Positions 1 through 8,997 of a stretch of 64,000 nt of DNA are shown here, piece after piece. The stretch spans positions 3,264,001 through 3,328,000 of the forward strand of contig OZ245033.1 in assembly GCA_965224025.1 (NCBI GenBank). Reading direction: 5' to 3'. The stretch comes from Candidatus Multivorans sp. (GTDB lineage Bacteria > Acidobacteriota > Thermoanaerobaculia > Multivoradales > Multivoraceae). The notes beneath the pieces are model-generated. The model was not told the DNA's origin, searched no databases, and was given only the letters and a program-made list of their open reading frames with translations. Within the stretch, counting starts at the first letter, position 1; every line of letters starts with the position of its first letter. The position numbers and the translations under genes were made by a program.

Positions 1-261
1 GCCGAAGTTCCGGCGCAGGCGGATGAGGCGGACCCGTGGATCGCGCTCGTGTTGCCGCCGCACCTCTTCGGACGTGCCGTCGGTCGAGCCGTCGTCGATG
101 AACACCAGTTCGGAGCGGACGCCCATGGCGTCCAGGTTCGCAAGGACGCGCTCCGCCAAGGCGGCGACGGTGGCCTCCTCGTTGAGCGCCGGCACCAGCA
201 CGCTGACGTCGAGTGGCGTCTGCTTGGCTTCGGCCTCGGTACTAGGGTCCGGGCTCGGCAT
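1..261 (-). CDS. Glycosyltransferase family 2 (ArnC/GtrB-like), N-terminal part; runs off window edge
   Basis: Own translation from ATG 261: LDVSVLVPALNEEATV...ELVFIDDGSTDGT...VRLIRLRRNFG, the GT2 signature. Not in the supplied ORF track. Confidence 0.85.
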   Translation of the reverse strand, partial: MPSPDPSTEAEAKQTPLDVSVLVPALNEEATVAALAERVLANLDAMGVRSELVFIDDGSTDGTSEEVRRQHERDPRVRLIRLRRNFG

Positions 262-1948
262 CAACCGGAACATACTCGATTCTCCGGCCGTCGACGATCA
301 ACGCCGCCGGCTCGGCTTCGAGGTCGAACTGCACCGTGGTCTCCCGCTTGGAACGTACCCGGATGTGCTGGTCTATCCGCTCCTCGGGGCGCCACCTGGG
401 GTTCTTGAAGATGCTGATGACGTGGGCGCCGACCGGCAGTTGCAGGCTGTCGATCGGTGTCCAGCCGATCGCCTCGTCGCCGATGCGCACGAAGACCGGA
501 CGCGCCGACTCCTCGGCCGAAGCCACGCTGAGGAACCCCGGTCGCACCAGGGGCACGGGCGTTTCCAGCAGGCGGCCCGAAGCGACCTGGGTCACCACCT
601 GCTCCCGGAGCTGGTAGTCGCGGGTGGCGAGTTCGAACGTGAGCACATGGTCGACGCCGGCTTCGACTTCGAACACGCGCCGCCGGTCGAGAACGACGGG
701 CTCTCCACCTGTCACCGAGACGGTGATCTCAGGGTGCCAGGCGGGCGCCAGGGCGAGGCGGCCGGCGCCGCGGCTCGCCGGGCGAAGGGTCTCGGGCCGA
801 CTCGGGGCGGAGCCGGCCGGCGCCGTGGCGTCCGTCGAGGAGTGCAGGTCGTCAGAGGGGAGGGCATCACCCGTCGCGGCCGCCGTGCTCGGCGGTGCCG
901 GTTCGGAAATCGTCTCTTCCGCGGGGGCCTCGGAATCGGCCACGGCCGGACTCCCCTTGGACCACCAGAGAGTGCCGCCGAGCCAGAGCGCGGTTCCGGC
1001 CACCGTCGCGAAGGTCAACCAGCGCCGGCGGAAGCGGGAGCGCGATGGCCGCTTGATTGCCGCCGCCACCGTCTCGAGACTTGGCGGGGTCGCGCTGTCC
1101 TTCCCTGAGGCGCTGCCCCGGAGTTCGACATCGACCAGGGGGACGTCGCCGTGGGTCGCGGTCACGCCGGTGTTGGTCGCGGTGACGTCGGCCGTATCGT
1201 GGATGGCGGCCTCGAGTGCGCCGACAACGGACGTGAAGTTGCCGAGGCGATCCGCGGGATCGTCGTGCAGGCAGGCCTCGAAGACGGGGAGCAGCCGGCG
1301 CGGGAAGTTCGCGGGCGGATCGTTCAGCGGCAGGGAAGACCTCGACTTCAGCCGGCGCGGAAGGGTCGGGTTCGCGCCCGGCTGGCAGGTCAGCAGGCGG
1401 TGGAGCAGGACGCCGAAAGCGTAGAGGTCGGCGCGCACATCGACGGCGTCGCCGCGGAGGAGTTCCGGGGCGCGGTACCGGAGTTCGCCGGTGGCGCCCG
1501 GATTGGCGAAACCGCGCAGTTGGGCCGTGCCGTCGGAACGGATCGTGACCATGCCGGGGTGCAGGTCGCCGTGAACCACGCCCATGCCGTGTGCGTACTC
1601 CAGGGCGCGTGCGATCTGCGCCAGCCAGCCGAGAGCAGTCTCTTTCGGCAGATCGCCGGCCCGCCGGAGATTCGCCGCGAGGGTCTCGCCGTCGGCGAGC
1701 TCCTCGATGCGGCACGAAGTGGCGCCGTCGATCCCGAAATCGAGAATGCGGGCGACCCCGTCGTGCTCAAGCCGCGCGCCGACGGCAGCCCGATCGAGGA
1801 AGCGCGCCTGCGCGTCGGGAGTCTCCGGCGTCCAGATGTCGATCGTCGCCGAGGAGCCGTCGGTGGAGTTGCGGCCGAGGTAGGAAACGGCACCGGCGTG
1901 GGCGTTGAGACGGCCCACGATTTCGAAGCTGCCGATATGTTTGCTCAT
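242..1948 (-). CDS. Membrane-anchored Hanks-type Ser/Thr kinase-like protein (probable pseudokinase) with C-terminal PEGA-like region
   Basis: Kinase subdomains LEHDGVARILDFG, YRAPELLRGD, DLYAFGVLL. TM helix WLTFATVAGTALWLGGTLWW. IGWTPIDSLQLPVGAHVISI resembles PEGA. Start chosen at MSKHIGSFEIV. Confidence 0.8.
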   Translation of the reverse strand: MSKHIGSFEIVGRLNAHAGAVSYLGRNSTDGSSATIDIWTPETPDAQARFLDRAAVGARLEHDGVARILDFGIDGATSCRIEELADGETLAANLRRAGDLPKETALGWLAQIARALEYAHGMGVVHGDLHPGMVTIRSDGTAQLRGFANPGATGELRYRAPELLRGDAVDVRADLYAFGVLLHRLLTCQPGANPTLPRRLKSRSSLPLNDPPANFPRRLLPVFEACLHDDPADRLGNFTSVVGALEAAIHDTADVTATNTGVTATHGDVPLVDVELRGSASGKDSATPPSLETVAAAIKRPSRSRFRRRWLTFATVAGTALWLGGTLWWSKGSPAVADSEAPAEETISEPAPPSTAAATGDALPSDDLHSSTDATAPAGSAPSRPETLRPASRGAGRLALAPAWHPEITVSVTGGEPVVLDRRRVFEVEAGVDHVLTFELATRDYQLREQVVTQVASGRLLETPVPLVRPGFLSVASAEESARPVFVRIGDEAIGWTPIDSLQLPVGAHVISIFKNPRWRPEERIDQHIRVRSKRETTVQFDLEAEPAALIVDGRRIEYVPVDAEPGP

Positions 1949-1985
1949 AGCCCGATGCGAAGAAGTTGATCGACGGGTAGAAGCA

Positions 1986-2073
1986 ATGATAGCACGTTCT
2001 TCGTCTAAGTTGTTGTTTCTCAGTGTGTTGTGTCTCTTCTTGAAGGCTATCGGGCGGCAACGGGTGCTACTCT
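1986..2073. promoter_or_regulatory. Divergent extended -10 promoters
   Basis: TGCTATCAT on - strand (1986-1994) ahead of the kinase-like gene and TGCTACTCT on + strand (2065-2073) ahead of the thrC relic, in an AT-rich spacer. Confidence 0.4.
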
Positions 2074-2091
2074 TCACCGCGGGATCGGTCG

Positions 2092-2552
2092 ATGCGGGCG
2101 AACGGGAACACGTGGGCCAGCGGTCTCGTCTGCTCCGCGACCGGAGTTCAGGCGCCCGATGGAGTGCGCCTTTTCCTGAAGAACGAGGCGGGCAATCCGA
2201 CCGGTTCCTTCAAGGATCGAGGACTGTCGCTGGCGGTGAACCGGGCGAGGGAACTCGGCGCCCCCGGTGTGCAGCTTCCGAGCGCCGGCAACGCAGGCGT
2301 CGCGGCCGCGGCCTATGCTGCCGCCGCGGGGTTTGCCCTGTCGCGTGGCTCTGCCCGAGGACACGCCGGCAACGGTGCGTGAGCGTTGCCGCGGCCACGG
2401 CGGCCCGGGTGGCGGTGGAGGAAGGGGTTCTGGTCGGCCCCGAGACCGCGGCGGCCATGGCGGCGCTCTTCCGCCTGAGCGACTCCGGTACCATCCGTCC
2501 CGGCGAGTCCGTGCTGGTCTTCGCTACCGGCCATCCGGCCAACTACTGCTAG
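2092..2552 (+). pseudogene. thrC: Threonine synthase pseudogene (frameshifted, internally deleted)
   Basis: LFLKNEAGNPTGSFKDRG (PLP lysine) and SAGNAG; then a shifted frame GLPCRVALPEDTP; then a third frame EGVLVGPETAAA...VLVFATG. About 150 codons in total. Confidence 0.75.
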
Positions 2553-2568
2553 GGGAGGCTGACGCGCG

Positions 2569-4275
2569 ATGCCCGAGGAACTGTTCGGGAAGGTGGCGGA
2601 TGGGATCAACGGGTTGCTCGGGCCGGTAGCCGGCTGGTTCGAGGGACTGGTCTGGAACACGCCGCCCCAGGCGCCGATCCTGGCGCTGGTGCTCCTGGGC
2701 ACCGGCCTCTTCGTCACCGTGCGCCTGGGCCTGATCCAGTTGCGCGGCTTCCGGCACGCCTGGGCGATCCTGGGCGGCAAGTACGACGATCCGGACGACG
2801 ACGGCGACCTGGTTCACTTCCAGGCCCTGACCACGGCGCTTTCGGCGACGGTCGGCATCGGGAACATCGCCGGCGTCGCCATCGCGATCCGAATGGGGGG
2901 GCCCGGCGCCCTGTTCTGGATGTGGGTGACGGCGTTCTTCGGCATGGCCCTCAAGTTCGCCGAGTGCACCCTGGCGGTCGCCTACCGGCGGGTTCACAAG
3001 GACGGCTCGGTTTCCGGCGGCCCGATGTACTACATCGAGAAGGGCCTGGGCGCGAACTGGAAGTGGATGGCGATGCTGTTCGCCGGCCTCGCGGTGATGT
3101 GCTCCTTCGGCACCGGCAACATGAACCAGGCGAACACGATGGCCGATCAGCTCGAGTCCCAGTTCGGTCTGGCGCCGGTGTGGACCGGTCTCGTCTTCGC
3201 CTCCGTGGTGGCGTTGGTCATCATCGGCGGTATCCGCCGCATCGGCAAAGTGACCTCGATCCTCGCGCCGGGCATGGCGGTGATCTACGTCGGCGGCGCG
3301 ATGGTCATCCTGCTCATGAACATCGAGAGCGTGCCTGCGAGCCTGGCCCTGATCGTCGAGCAGGCGTTCCGGCCCACCTCCATGGTCGGCGGCGCCGCGG
3401 GCTCCTTCCTGATGACCATGATGTGGGGCATTCGCCGCGGTCTGTTTAGCAACGAGGCGGGGCAGGGCAGCGCGCCCATCGCCCACGCGGCGGCCCGGAC
3501 CGACGAGCCGGTGCGCGAGGGGCTGGTCGCCTCGCTCGAGCCGTTCATCGACACCCTGGTCATCTGCACGATGACTGGTCTCGTCATCGTGACCACGGAC
3601 GCGTGGCGCGACCACGCGCCGCAGACCTTCGGGCTCGACGAGGTCGAGGGCATCCACCGCGTACTCGGGGACGACTCGGAACTGCTGGCGGCGCGCGACG
3701 AGCGGTCGGCGCGCGGCGGCGGCGCGGTCGATGTCGAGGGCGGGGCAGCCGGCGGCTCCTTCGTGGTGCTGCACTCGATGATCGCCGAGCCGCGCCTGGT
3801 GGACGGCGCGGGCGCCGCCTGGAGCGGCAGACTGGACGTCGCCGGCGATGGTTCGCTGACCGCCGCGGGCGATGCGCCGCGGATCGAGGGCGGAGCGCTT
3901 CTGACCGGAGCTCCACTGACGGCGCGGGCCTTCAGTCTCGGTCTGCCCGGCAGCCGGGGCGATCTGATCGTCACCCTGTCGGTGCTGCTGTTCGCTGTCT
4001 CGACGGCGATCTCGTGGTCGTACTACGGCGACCGTTCGACCGAGTACCTGTTCGGCGCCAGAGCCATTCCCGTGTACCGCTGGGTCTATGTCGGCTTCTT
4101 CTTCCTGGGCTGCCTGCTGCCGCTCTCGACCGTGTGGACCTTCGGCGACGTGGCCCTGGGGCTGATGTCGTTCCCGAACCTGATTTCGCTGCTGCTGCTC
4201 TCGGGCGCGGTCACCGGCATGACGAGGTCCTACTTCCGCCGCCACCTCCGCAAGGGCGCTCCGAGGCGGCCATGA
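2569..4275 (+). CDS. Na+/alanine-glycine symporter (AGCS/AlsT family)
   Basis: TVGIGNIAGVA, GGPGALFWMW, GGPMYY, RGLFSNEAGQGSAPIAHAAA, FIDTLVICTMT. Confidence 0.95.
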   Translation: MPEELFGKVADGINGLLGPVAGWFEGLVWNTPPQAPILALVLLGTGLFVTVRLGLIQLRGFRHAWAILGGKYDDPDDDGDLVHFQALTTALSATVGIGNIAGVAIAIRMGGPGALFWMWVTAFFGMALKFAECTLAVAYRRVHKDGSVSGGPMYYIEKGLGANWKWMAMLFAGLAVMCSFGTGNMNQANTMADQLESQFGLAPVWTGLVFASVVALVIIGGIRRIGKVTSILAPGMAVIYVGGAMVILLMNIESVPASLALIVEQAFRPTSMVGGAAGSFLMTMMWGIRRGLFSNEAGQGSAPIAHAAARTDEPVREGLVASLEPFIDTLVICTMTGLVIVTTDAWRDHAPQTFGLDEVEGIHRVLGDDSELLAARDERSARGGGAVDVEGGAAGGSFVVLHSMIAEPRLVDGAGAAWSGRLDVAGDGSLTAAGDAPRIEGGALLTGAPLTARAFSLGLPGSRGDLIVTLSVLLFAVSTAISWSYYGDRSTEYLFGARAIPVYRWVYVGFFFLGCLLPLSTVWTFGDVALGLMSFPNLISLLLLSGAVTGMTRSYFRRHLRKGAPRRP

Positions 4276-4329
4276 GCGCGTGGAACAGGTACGGGACGTT
4301 TCCCGTGCTCCTGGTCGACGGCGCCGGGA

Positions 4330-5856
4330 ATGGCTGAGCACGGCCGCGACCGGGGTCCCTGGGCTTCCGTTGCTACGGGCCTCATCGGCGCGCCGATCCT
4401 GGCGGCGCTGGCGTACTTCCTGATCCCCGAGGCGGCGGTCGATGCCAACGGCGAGGTCGTCTCCGGGCTTTCCGACGGGGGTCGGGCGGTGGCGGCGACC
4501 GGGGTCCTCATGGGCGTGTTGTGGCTGACCGAGGCCCTGCCCGTGGCAGTCACTTCGTTGCTGCCGCTCGTGGCGATCCCGCTTCTGACCGGCGGAGACA
4601 TCGCCATCGCACGGGTCGCGGCGCCCTACGCGAATCCGAACATCTTCCTCTTCCTGGGCGGTTTCATGATCGCCCTTTCGATGCAGACCTGGGGCTTGCA
4701 CCGCCGCATGGCGCTCCACATCATCCTTCGCGTCGGCAGCCGGCCGGATCGCCTGGTGCTGGGCTTCATGGCCGCAAGCGCCTTCCTCAGCATGTGGATC
4801 TCCAACACGGCCACCACGGTCATGATGCTGCCGATCGCCCTGTCCGTGATCGATCTGGTCCGTCAGAGACTCGGGCCGGAGGCGGCGCCGGTGGGGAAGC
4901 CGTTCCCCTTTGCGCTGAATCTGCTGCTCGGGACGGCGTACGGCGCCTCGATCGGCGGCGTCGCGACCAAGATCGGCACCCCTCCCAACCTCCAGATGAT
5001 GTCGTTCGTGGAGGAGACTTACGGCCGGGAGATCACGTTCGCGCAGTGGATGCCGTTCGGTCTCCTGCTCACTCTGTCCTTCCTGCCGCTGGCCTGGCTG
5101 GTGCTCACGCGGTTGGTCTACCGGTTGCAGATCCGCGAAGTGCCCGGCGGCGCGGAGCTCATCCGCGGCGAGCTTCGGAAGCTGGGGCCGATCACCGCAC
5201 CGGAGAAGGCGGTGCTCGCGATCTTCGTTTCGGCCGCCGCGCTGTGGACCACTCGCACTTGGCTCGCCGAGATCGAGATCGGCGGAGCAGTGCCCCTGGC
5301 CGGACTGACCGACCCGAGCATCGCGATCGGCGCCGGCCTGTTGCTGTTCGCGATTCCGGTCCACTTCCGGCGAGGGGTCTTTCTGCTGAGTTGGAAGAAG
5401 GCGCTCGAGGCGCCGTGGGGAATCCTGCTGCTGTTCGGAGGCGGGCTCAGCCTCGCGGCCGCGGTCGTCGGTACCGGTGTGGACCGTTTCATCGGCAGCC
5501 TCCTGCTCGTGCTGGAGGGCATGCCGGTGCTGGTTCTGGTCATCGGCGCCGCCACCCTGCTCATCCTGCTGACGGAGGTCACCAGCAATACGGCGACGAC
5601 CGCGACCTTCCTGCCGATCCTGGGCGCCACGGCGGCGGCGATCAACGTGGATCCGCTGCTCCTCATCGTTCCGGCCACGCTGGCGGCGAGCTGCGCCTTC
5701 ATGATGCCGGTGGCGACGCCGCCGAACGCGATCGTGTTCGGCTCCGGGGAGATCACCATTCCCCAGATGGTCCGCGCCGGCCTGTGGCTCAACCTGATCG
5801 GCCTGGTGCTGGTCGTGTTCTGGGTCTACGTAGCGGGCGGACTGATCGGCCTGTAG
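4330..5856 (+). CDS. DASS/SLC13 Na+:dicarboxylate/sulfate symporter
   Basis: SMWISNTAT, IGTPPN, TEVTSNTAT, FMMPVATPPNAIVF. Confidence 0.93.
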   Translation: MAEHGRDRGPWASVATGLIGAPILAALAYFLIPEAAVDANGEVVSGLSDGGRAVAATGVLMGVLWLTEALPVAVTSLLPLVAIPLLTGGDIAIARVAAPYANPNIFLFLGGFMIALSMQTWGLHRRMALHIILRVGSRPDRLVLGFMAASAFLSMWISNTATTVMMLPIALSVIDLVRQRLGPEAAPVGKPFPFALNLLLGTAYGASIGGVATKIGTPPNLQMMSFVEETYGREITFAQWMPFGLLLTLSFLPLAWLVLTRLVYRLQIREVPGGAELIRGELRKLGPITAPEKAVLAIFVSAAALWTTRTWLAEIEIGGAVPLAGLTDPSIAIGAGLLLFAIPVHFRRGVFLLSWKKALEAPWGILLLFGGGLSLAAAVVGTGVDRFIGSLLLVLEGMPVLVLVIGAATLLILLTEVTSNTATTATFLPILGATAAAINVDPLLLIVPATLAASCAFMMPVATPPNAIVFGSGEITIPQMVRAGLWLNLIGLVLVVFWVYVAGGLIGL

Positions 5857-5921
5857 AAAGCGTGGGCCGCCTCACCGCGGCGGAAACCGAAAGCGGGGAC
5901 CGCTGTCTCCCCGGCCGCGCT

Positions 5922-6155
5922 CTAGGGGATCAGCCGCAACAGGGCGACCACCGCGCCGATGATCACGCCGGTCTGAATCAGCAGGATGCGGACTAGGCGG
6001 ACCTCAAGCTGCGCCAGGTCGGCGCGCGTCACCAAGTCGCCCAACACCTCGGTCGCCGCATCCTCGATCGCTCGCGCATGGCCGGCGGCCTGCCGGTCCG
6101 GCACGCCGGCCTCCATCAACGTCTCCGCCGTACGGAGCGTGCCGGTCGTGCTCAT
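5922..6155 (-). CDS. DUF1640/CCDC90-like small coiled-coil membrane protein
   Basis: LMEAGVPDRQA, LVTRADL, C-terminal TM helix; GGAGG SD upstream. Confidence 0.65.
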   Translation of the reverse strand: MSTTGTLRTAETLMEAGVPDRQAAGHARAIEDAATEVLGDLVTRADLAQLEVRLVRILLIQTGVIIGAVVALLRLIP

Positions 6156-6200
6156 CGCCGGCCCTCCATGCCTTCGATGCTACGCCGAGTGTCGGAACCC

Positions 6201-6335
6201 CAGCAGCGCCGGCTCGTGCGCGGCTTCGTCTCCGAGCAGTGCGCCAGCCGCGGCATGGTCGCGGACGTGGCCTACCACGACGGCGGCACCCGGAACCCTC
6301 ATGCGCAAGTGCTCCTGACGACACGGCGCATCGGC
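6201..6335 (+). pseudogene. MobA/MobL (MobQ, TraA-like) relaxase fragment
   Basis: LVRGFVSEQCASRGMVADVAYHDGGTRNPHAQVLLTTRRI matches the relaxase HUH region, with HAH changed to HAQ. Confidence 0.7.
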
Positions 6336-6454
6336 CGGCCGTCCGGCTTGGAGCGAGTATCGAAGTTCGATCGCGGGCTCCGGGCGGCCATCGAGAGAAC
6401 AGCCGCGGCGGTGGTCTACGCCGCCGCGCTGGGGAATGCGGACGTAGCCACGCC

Positions 6455-7381
6455 CTACTGCGCGGGCTGAAAGACCGAATGCGCCGTCAACTCCCGCCGG
6501 AAGCGGTAGCCGATGCACTTGTAGAGCAGTCTGGCGGCCGTGTAGTCGCTGGCCGGGTTGCCGGGGATGGGCGCCAGTTCGACGACATCCATCGCGATGA
6601 CCCGCTTGTGCTCGAACAGCAGGCGGAGCAGGGCCAGAGCCTGATGCCAGTCGCCGCCGCCGGGTTCGGGCGTTCCGGTCGCCGGCAGCAGCGACGGGTC
6701 GAAGAAGTCGAGGTCGAAGGTCAGATAGACGGTATCCGGCAACGACGCCAGGAGACCCAGGAAGAGTGCCTGGAGCTCGTCTGTGGCCAGGGCCTGCATC
6801 TGGCCGGCCCAGATGACGGGTAGGCCCTCGGTTTCGATCCGCACGGCCTCGGGGCGGCTCAGGGACCGGATGCCGATGGCCAGCGTGGACACGCCGAGGT
6901 CGAGCACCCGGCTCATCGCGCAGGCGTGGTTCCAGGGGGTGCCCGCGTAGGTCGGCCTCAGGTCGGCGTGCGCGTCGAACTGCACGACTCCCAGGTCGGG
7001 GCGCAGGTCCGAACCGGCCGCCTCCACCACGCCGCGCACCAGGGCGGGCGTGACGGTGTGTTCGCCGCCGATCGCGGCGAGGAAACGGCCGCGTTCGATG
7101 GCGGCTCGTGCAGCGGCGCTGATCCGCTCCAGCGCCGCGTCCTCGCCGGCCTCGACGTCGACCGGCGGCAGGGTCTCGATGCCGATGCGAAACGGTTCCA
7201 GCCGGAGTTCCTCGTCGTAGAGCTCCACGTAGTGGGAGGCGCGGAGCAGGGCGGCCGGTCCATCCTCGGCGCCCCGTCCCCACGAGGTCGTGCGTTCGTA
7301 GGGAACCGGCAACACCGCGACGGCCGGCTCGCCGGCCAGCGCCTCGAACTCGAGGAACGGCGTAAGTACGGCGACGCGCAT
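6455..7381 (-). CDS. speB: Agmatinase (ureohydrolase)
   Basis: GGEHT, DAHAD, TFDLDFFDPS, TGTPEPGG. Confidence 0.9.
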   Translation of the reverse strand: MRVAVLTPFLEFEALAGEPAVAVLPVPYERTTSWGRGAEDGPAALLRASHYVELYDEELRLEPFRIGIETLPPVDVEAGEDAALERISAAARAAIERGRFLAAIGGEHTVTPALVRGVVEAAGSDLRPDLGVVQFDAHADLRPTYAGTPWNHACAMSRVLDLGVSTLAIGIRSLSRPEAVRIETEGLPVIWAGQMQALATDELQALFLGLLASLPDTVYLTFDLDFFDPSLLPATGTPEPGGGDWHQALALLRLLFEHKRVIAMDVVELAPIPGNPASDYTAARLLYKCIGYRFRRELTAHSVFQPAQ

Positions 7382-7488
7382 GGCCCGGCAGCCTAGGAGT
7401 GTCCGCAGCGTTGTCGCTGCGCTGTCGCGCAGGGAACAGGCAGCGAGTAGCCAACGTTACAGCGGCGTCGTGGGTTCATAGAGTTGGC

Positions 7489-7644
7489 CGCGCTGGGCAG
7501 CGAGGCCGCGCAGGCACTGGTGTGTTGGCGCCCGACTAGGAGTTTGGCCCGGACCGTGATCGGCGCTCTGACGCTGGCGGCGCGGCTTGTGTCGCGACCC
7601 CGTATGCAAGATTGAGCTTTTCGCCGCGGTCTCTGCCCAGCGCG
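7489..7644 (+). ncRNA. Putative IS110 bridge-like RNA
   Basis: Outer stem 7489-7510 with 7625-7644; inner stems 7517-7535 with 7560-7577, and 7577-7597; loops carry junction-matching words. Confidence 0.6.
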
Positions 7645-7677
7645 ACGATTGGATTCCACATCTACGGGAGGCAGGGG

Positions 7678-8997
7678 ATGGCAAAGCGGAAGGCGGAGCG
7701 TCTGGAAGTCGTTCACCCGGATTGCGCCGGTGTGGACGTAGGCAAGCGCAAGCACTACGTGGCGGTGGCCCCGTCGCGTTTCGAGCGGCCGGTGCGCAAT
7801 TTCTCGTCGTTCACGGAGGACCTCGAGGCGATGGCCTCGTGGCTTCAGGAGTGCGGCGTGCGTGAGGTGGCGCTGGAGTCGACGGGGGTGTACTGGATTC
7901 CGGTGTTCGAGGTGCTGGACCGGGCGGGGTTCGAGGTGCATCTGGTGAATCCTCGGGCGACCAAGCAGGTGAGTGGCCGCAAGAGTGACGTTCTGGACTG
8001 CCAGTGGATCCGGCAGTTGATGAGCTACGGGCTCCTGCGCGGTGCGTTTCGCGCGCCGGACGAGTTGTGTCCGCTGCGTTCGTACACGCGGCAGCGCGCC
8101 CAGTTGGTCCGCGACCGCAGCCGCGCGGTGCAGCACATCCAGAAGGCTCTGGTGCAGATGAACGTGCAGTTGGACAACGTGCTGAGCGACATCATGGGCA
8201 AGACCGGCCAGTTGATCGTGCGCGCGATCGTCGCCGGCGAGCGCGACGGCGCGGCGCTGGCCCGTCACCGGGACGGTCGCTGCAAGGCTGGTCCGGCTGT
8301 GATCGCGGCGAGTTTGCAAGGCAACTGGCGAGACGAGCACCTGTTCGCTCTGGGCCAGGCGCTGGCCCGCTACGACATGCTGCAAGGCCAGATCGAGATG
8401 TGCGAGAAGCGCATCGACGCCGAGCTCGACGGCCTGGCCCAAGACGGCGTCGAGGACGCGCCGCCGCCCGGTTCGAAGGCGCGCGAGCGCGCCCTGCGGA
8501 AGCGGCTGCATCGCATGCTCGGCGTGGACCTGGTCGCCATTCCGACGGTCGGCGTCGAAACCGCGCTGACCTTCGCCGCTGAGATCGGCCCGGACCTGTC
8601 CCGGTTTCCCTCGCAGGGCAACTTCTGCTCGTGGCTGTGTCTGGCTCCACCGACCAACATCAGCGGCGACAAACGGCTGAACGGCCCTCCCGTGAAGCAG
8701 ACCAACCGGGTCGGCCAGGCGCTGCGCCAAGCCGCCACCACAGCCCGCAACAGCAAGACCGCCATCGGAGCCTCTCACCGCCGGCGTCTCCAGCACATGG
8801 AGAAGGCGAAGGCCATCAAGGCCACCGCTCATCAACTCGGCCGACTGATCTACGCCATGCTGACCCACGGCGAAGAGTACGTCGAGCGCGACCTCGCCGA
8901 AATGGAGGCCGTCCGACGCGAACGACAAATCAGAAACCTGCAGCGTCAGGCCCGCCGCCTGAATCTGGCTCTCGTGCCGACCGAACATGCCGCCTGA
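7678..8997 (+). CDS. IS110 family transposase/recombinase
   Basis: RuvC-like DEDD: GVDVGK, LESTGVYW, KSDVLDCQWI. C-terminal Tnp20-type IPTVG...SWLCLAPPTNISG with the conserved Ser. Confidence 0.95.
   Translation: MAKRKAERLEVVHPDCAGVDVGKRKHYVAVAPSRFERPVRNFSSFTEDLEAMASWLQECGVREVALESTGVYWIPVFEVLDRAGFEVHLVNPRATKQVSGRKSDVLDCQWIRQLMSYGLLRGAFRAPDELCPLRSYTRQRAQLVRDRSRAVQHIQKALVQMNVQLDNVLSDIMGKTGQLIVRAIVAGERDGAALARHRDGRCKAGPAVIAASLQGNWRDEHLFALGQALARYDMLQGQIEMCEKRIDAELDGLAQDGVEDAPPPGSKARERALRKRLHRMLGVDLVAIPTVGVETALTFAAEIGPDLSRFPSQGNFCSWLCLAPPTNISGDKRLNGPPVKQTNRVGQALRQAATTARNSKTAIGASHRRRLQHMEKAKAIKATAHQLGRLIYAMLTHGEEYVERDLAEMEAVRRERQIRNLQRQARRLNLALVPTEHAA

Noticed and set aside
2524-5364. 946-aa antisense ORF and similar long shadow ORFs (7393-9864, 12063-14030, 22978-24807, 25159-27891)
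   Set aside because: They lie opposite well-supported genes, have Arg/Gly/Ala-rich composition and no motifs. This is expected in high-GC DNA.
7545-7552. TGGCCCGG in the IS non-coding region matching 7381-7388
   Set aside because: GC-rich 8-mer, not contiguous with the core, and inside a predicted small hairpin; probably chance.
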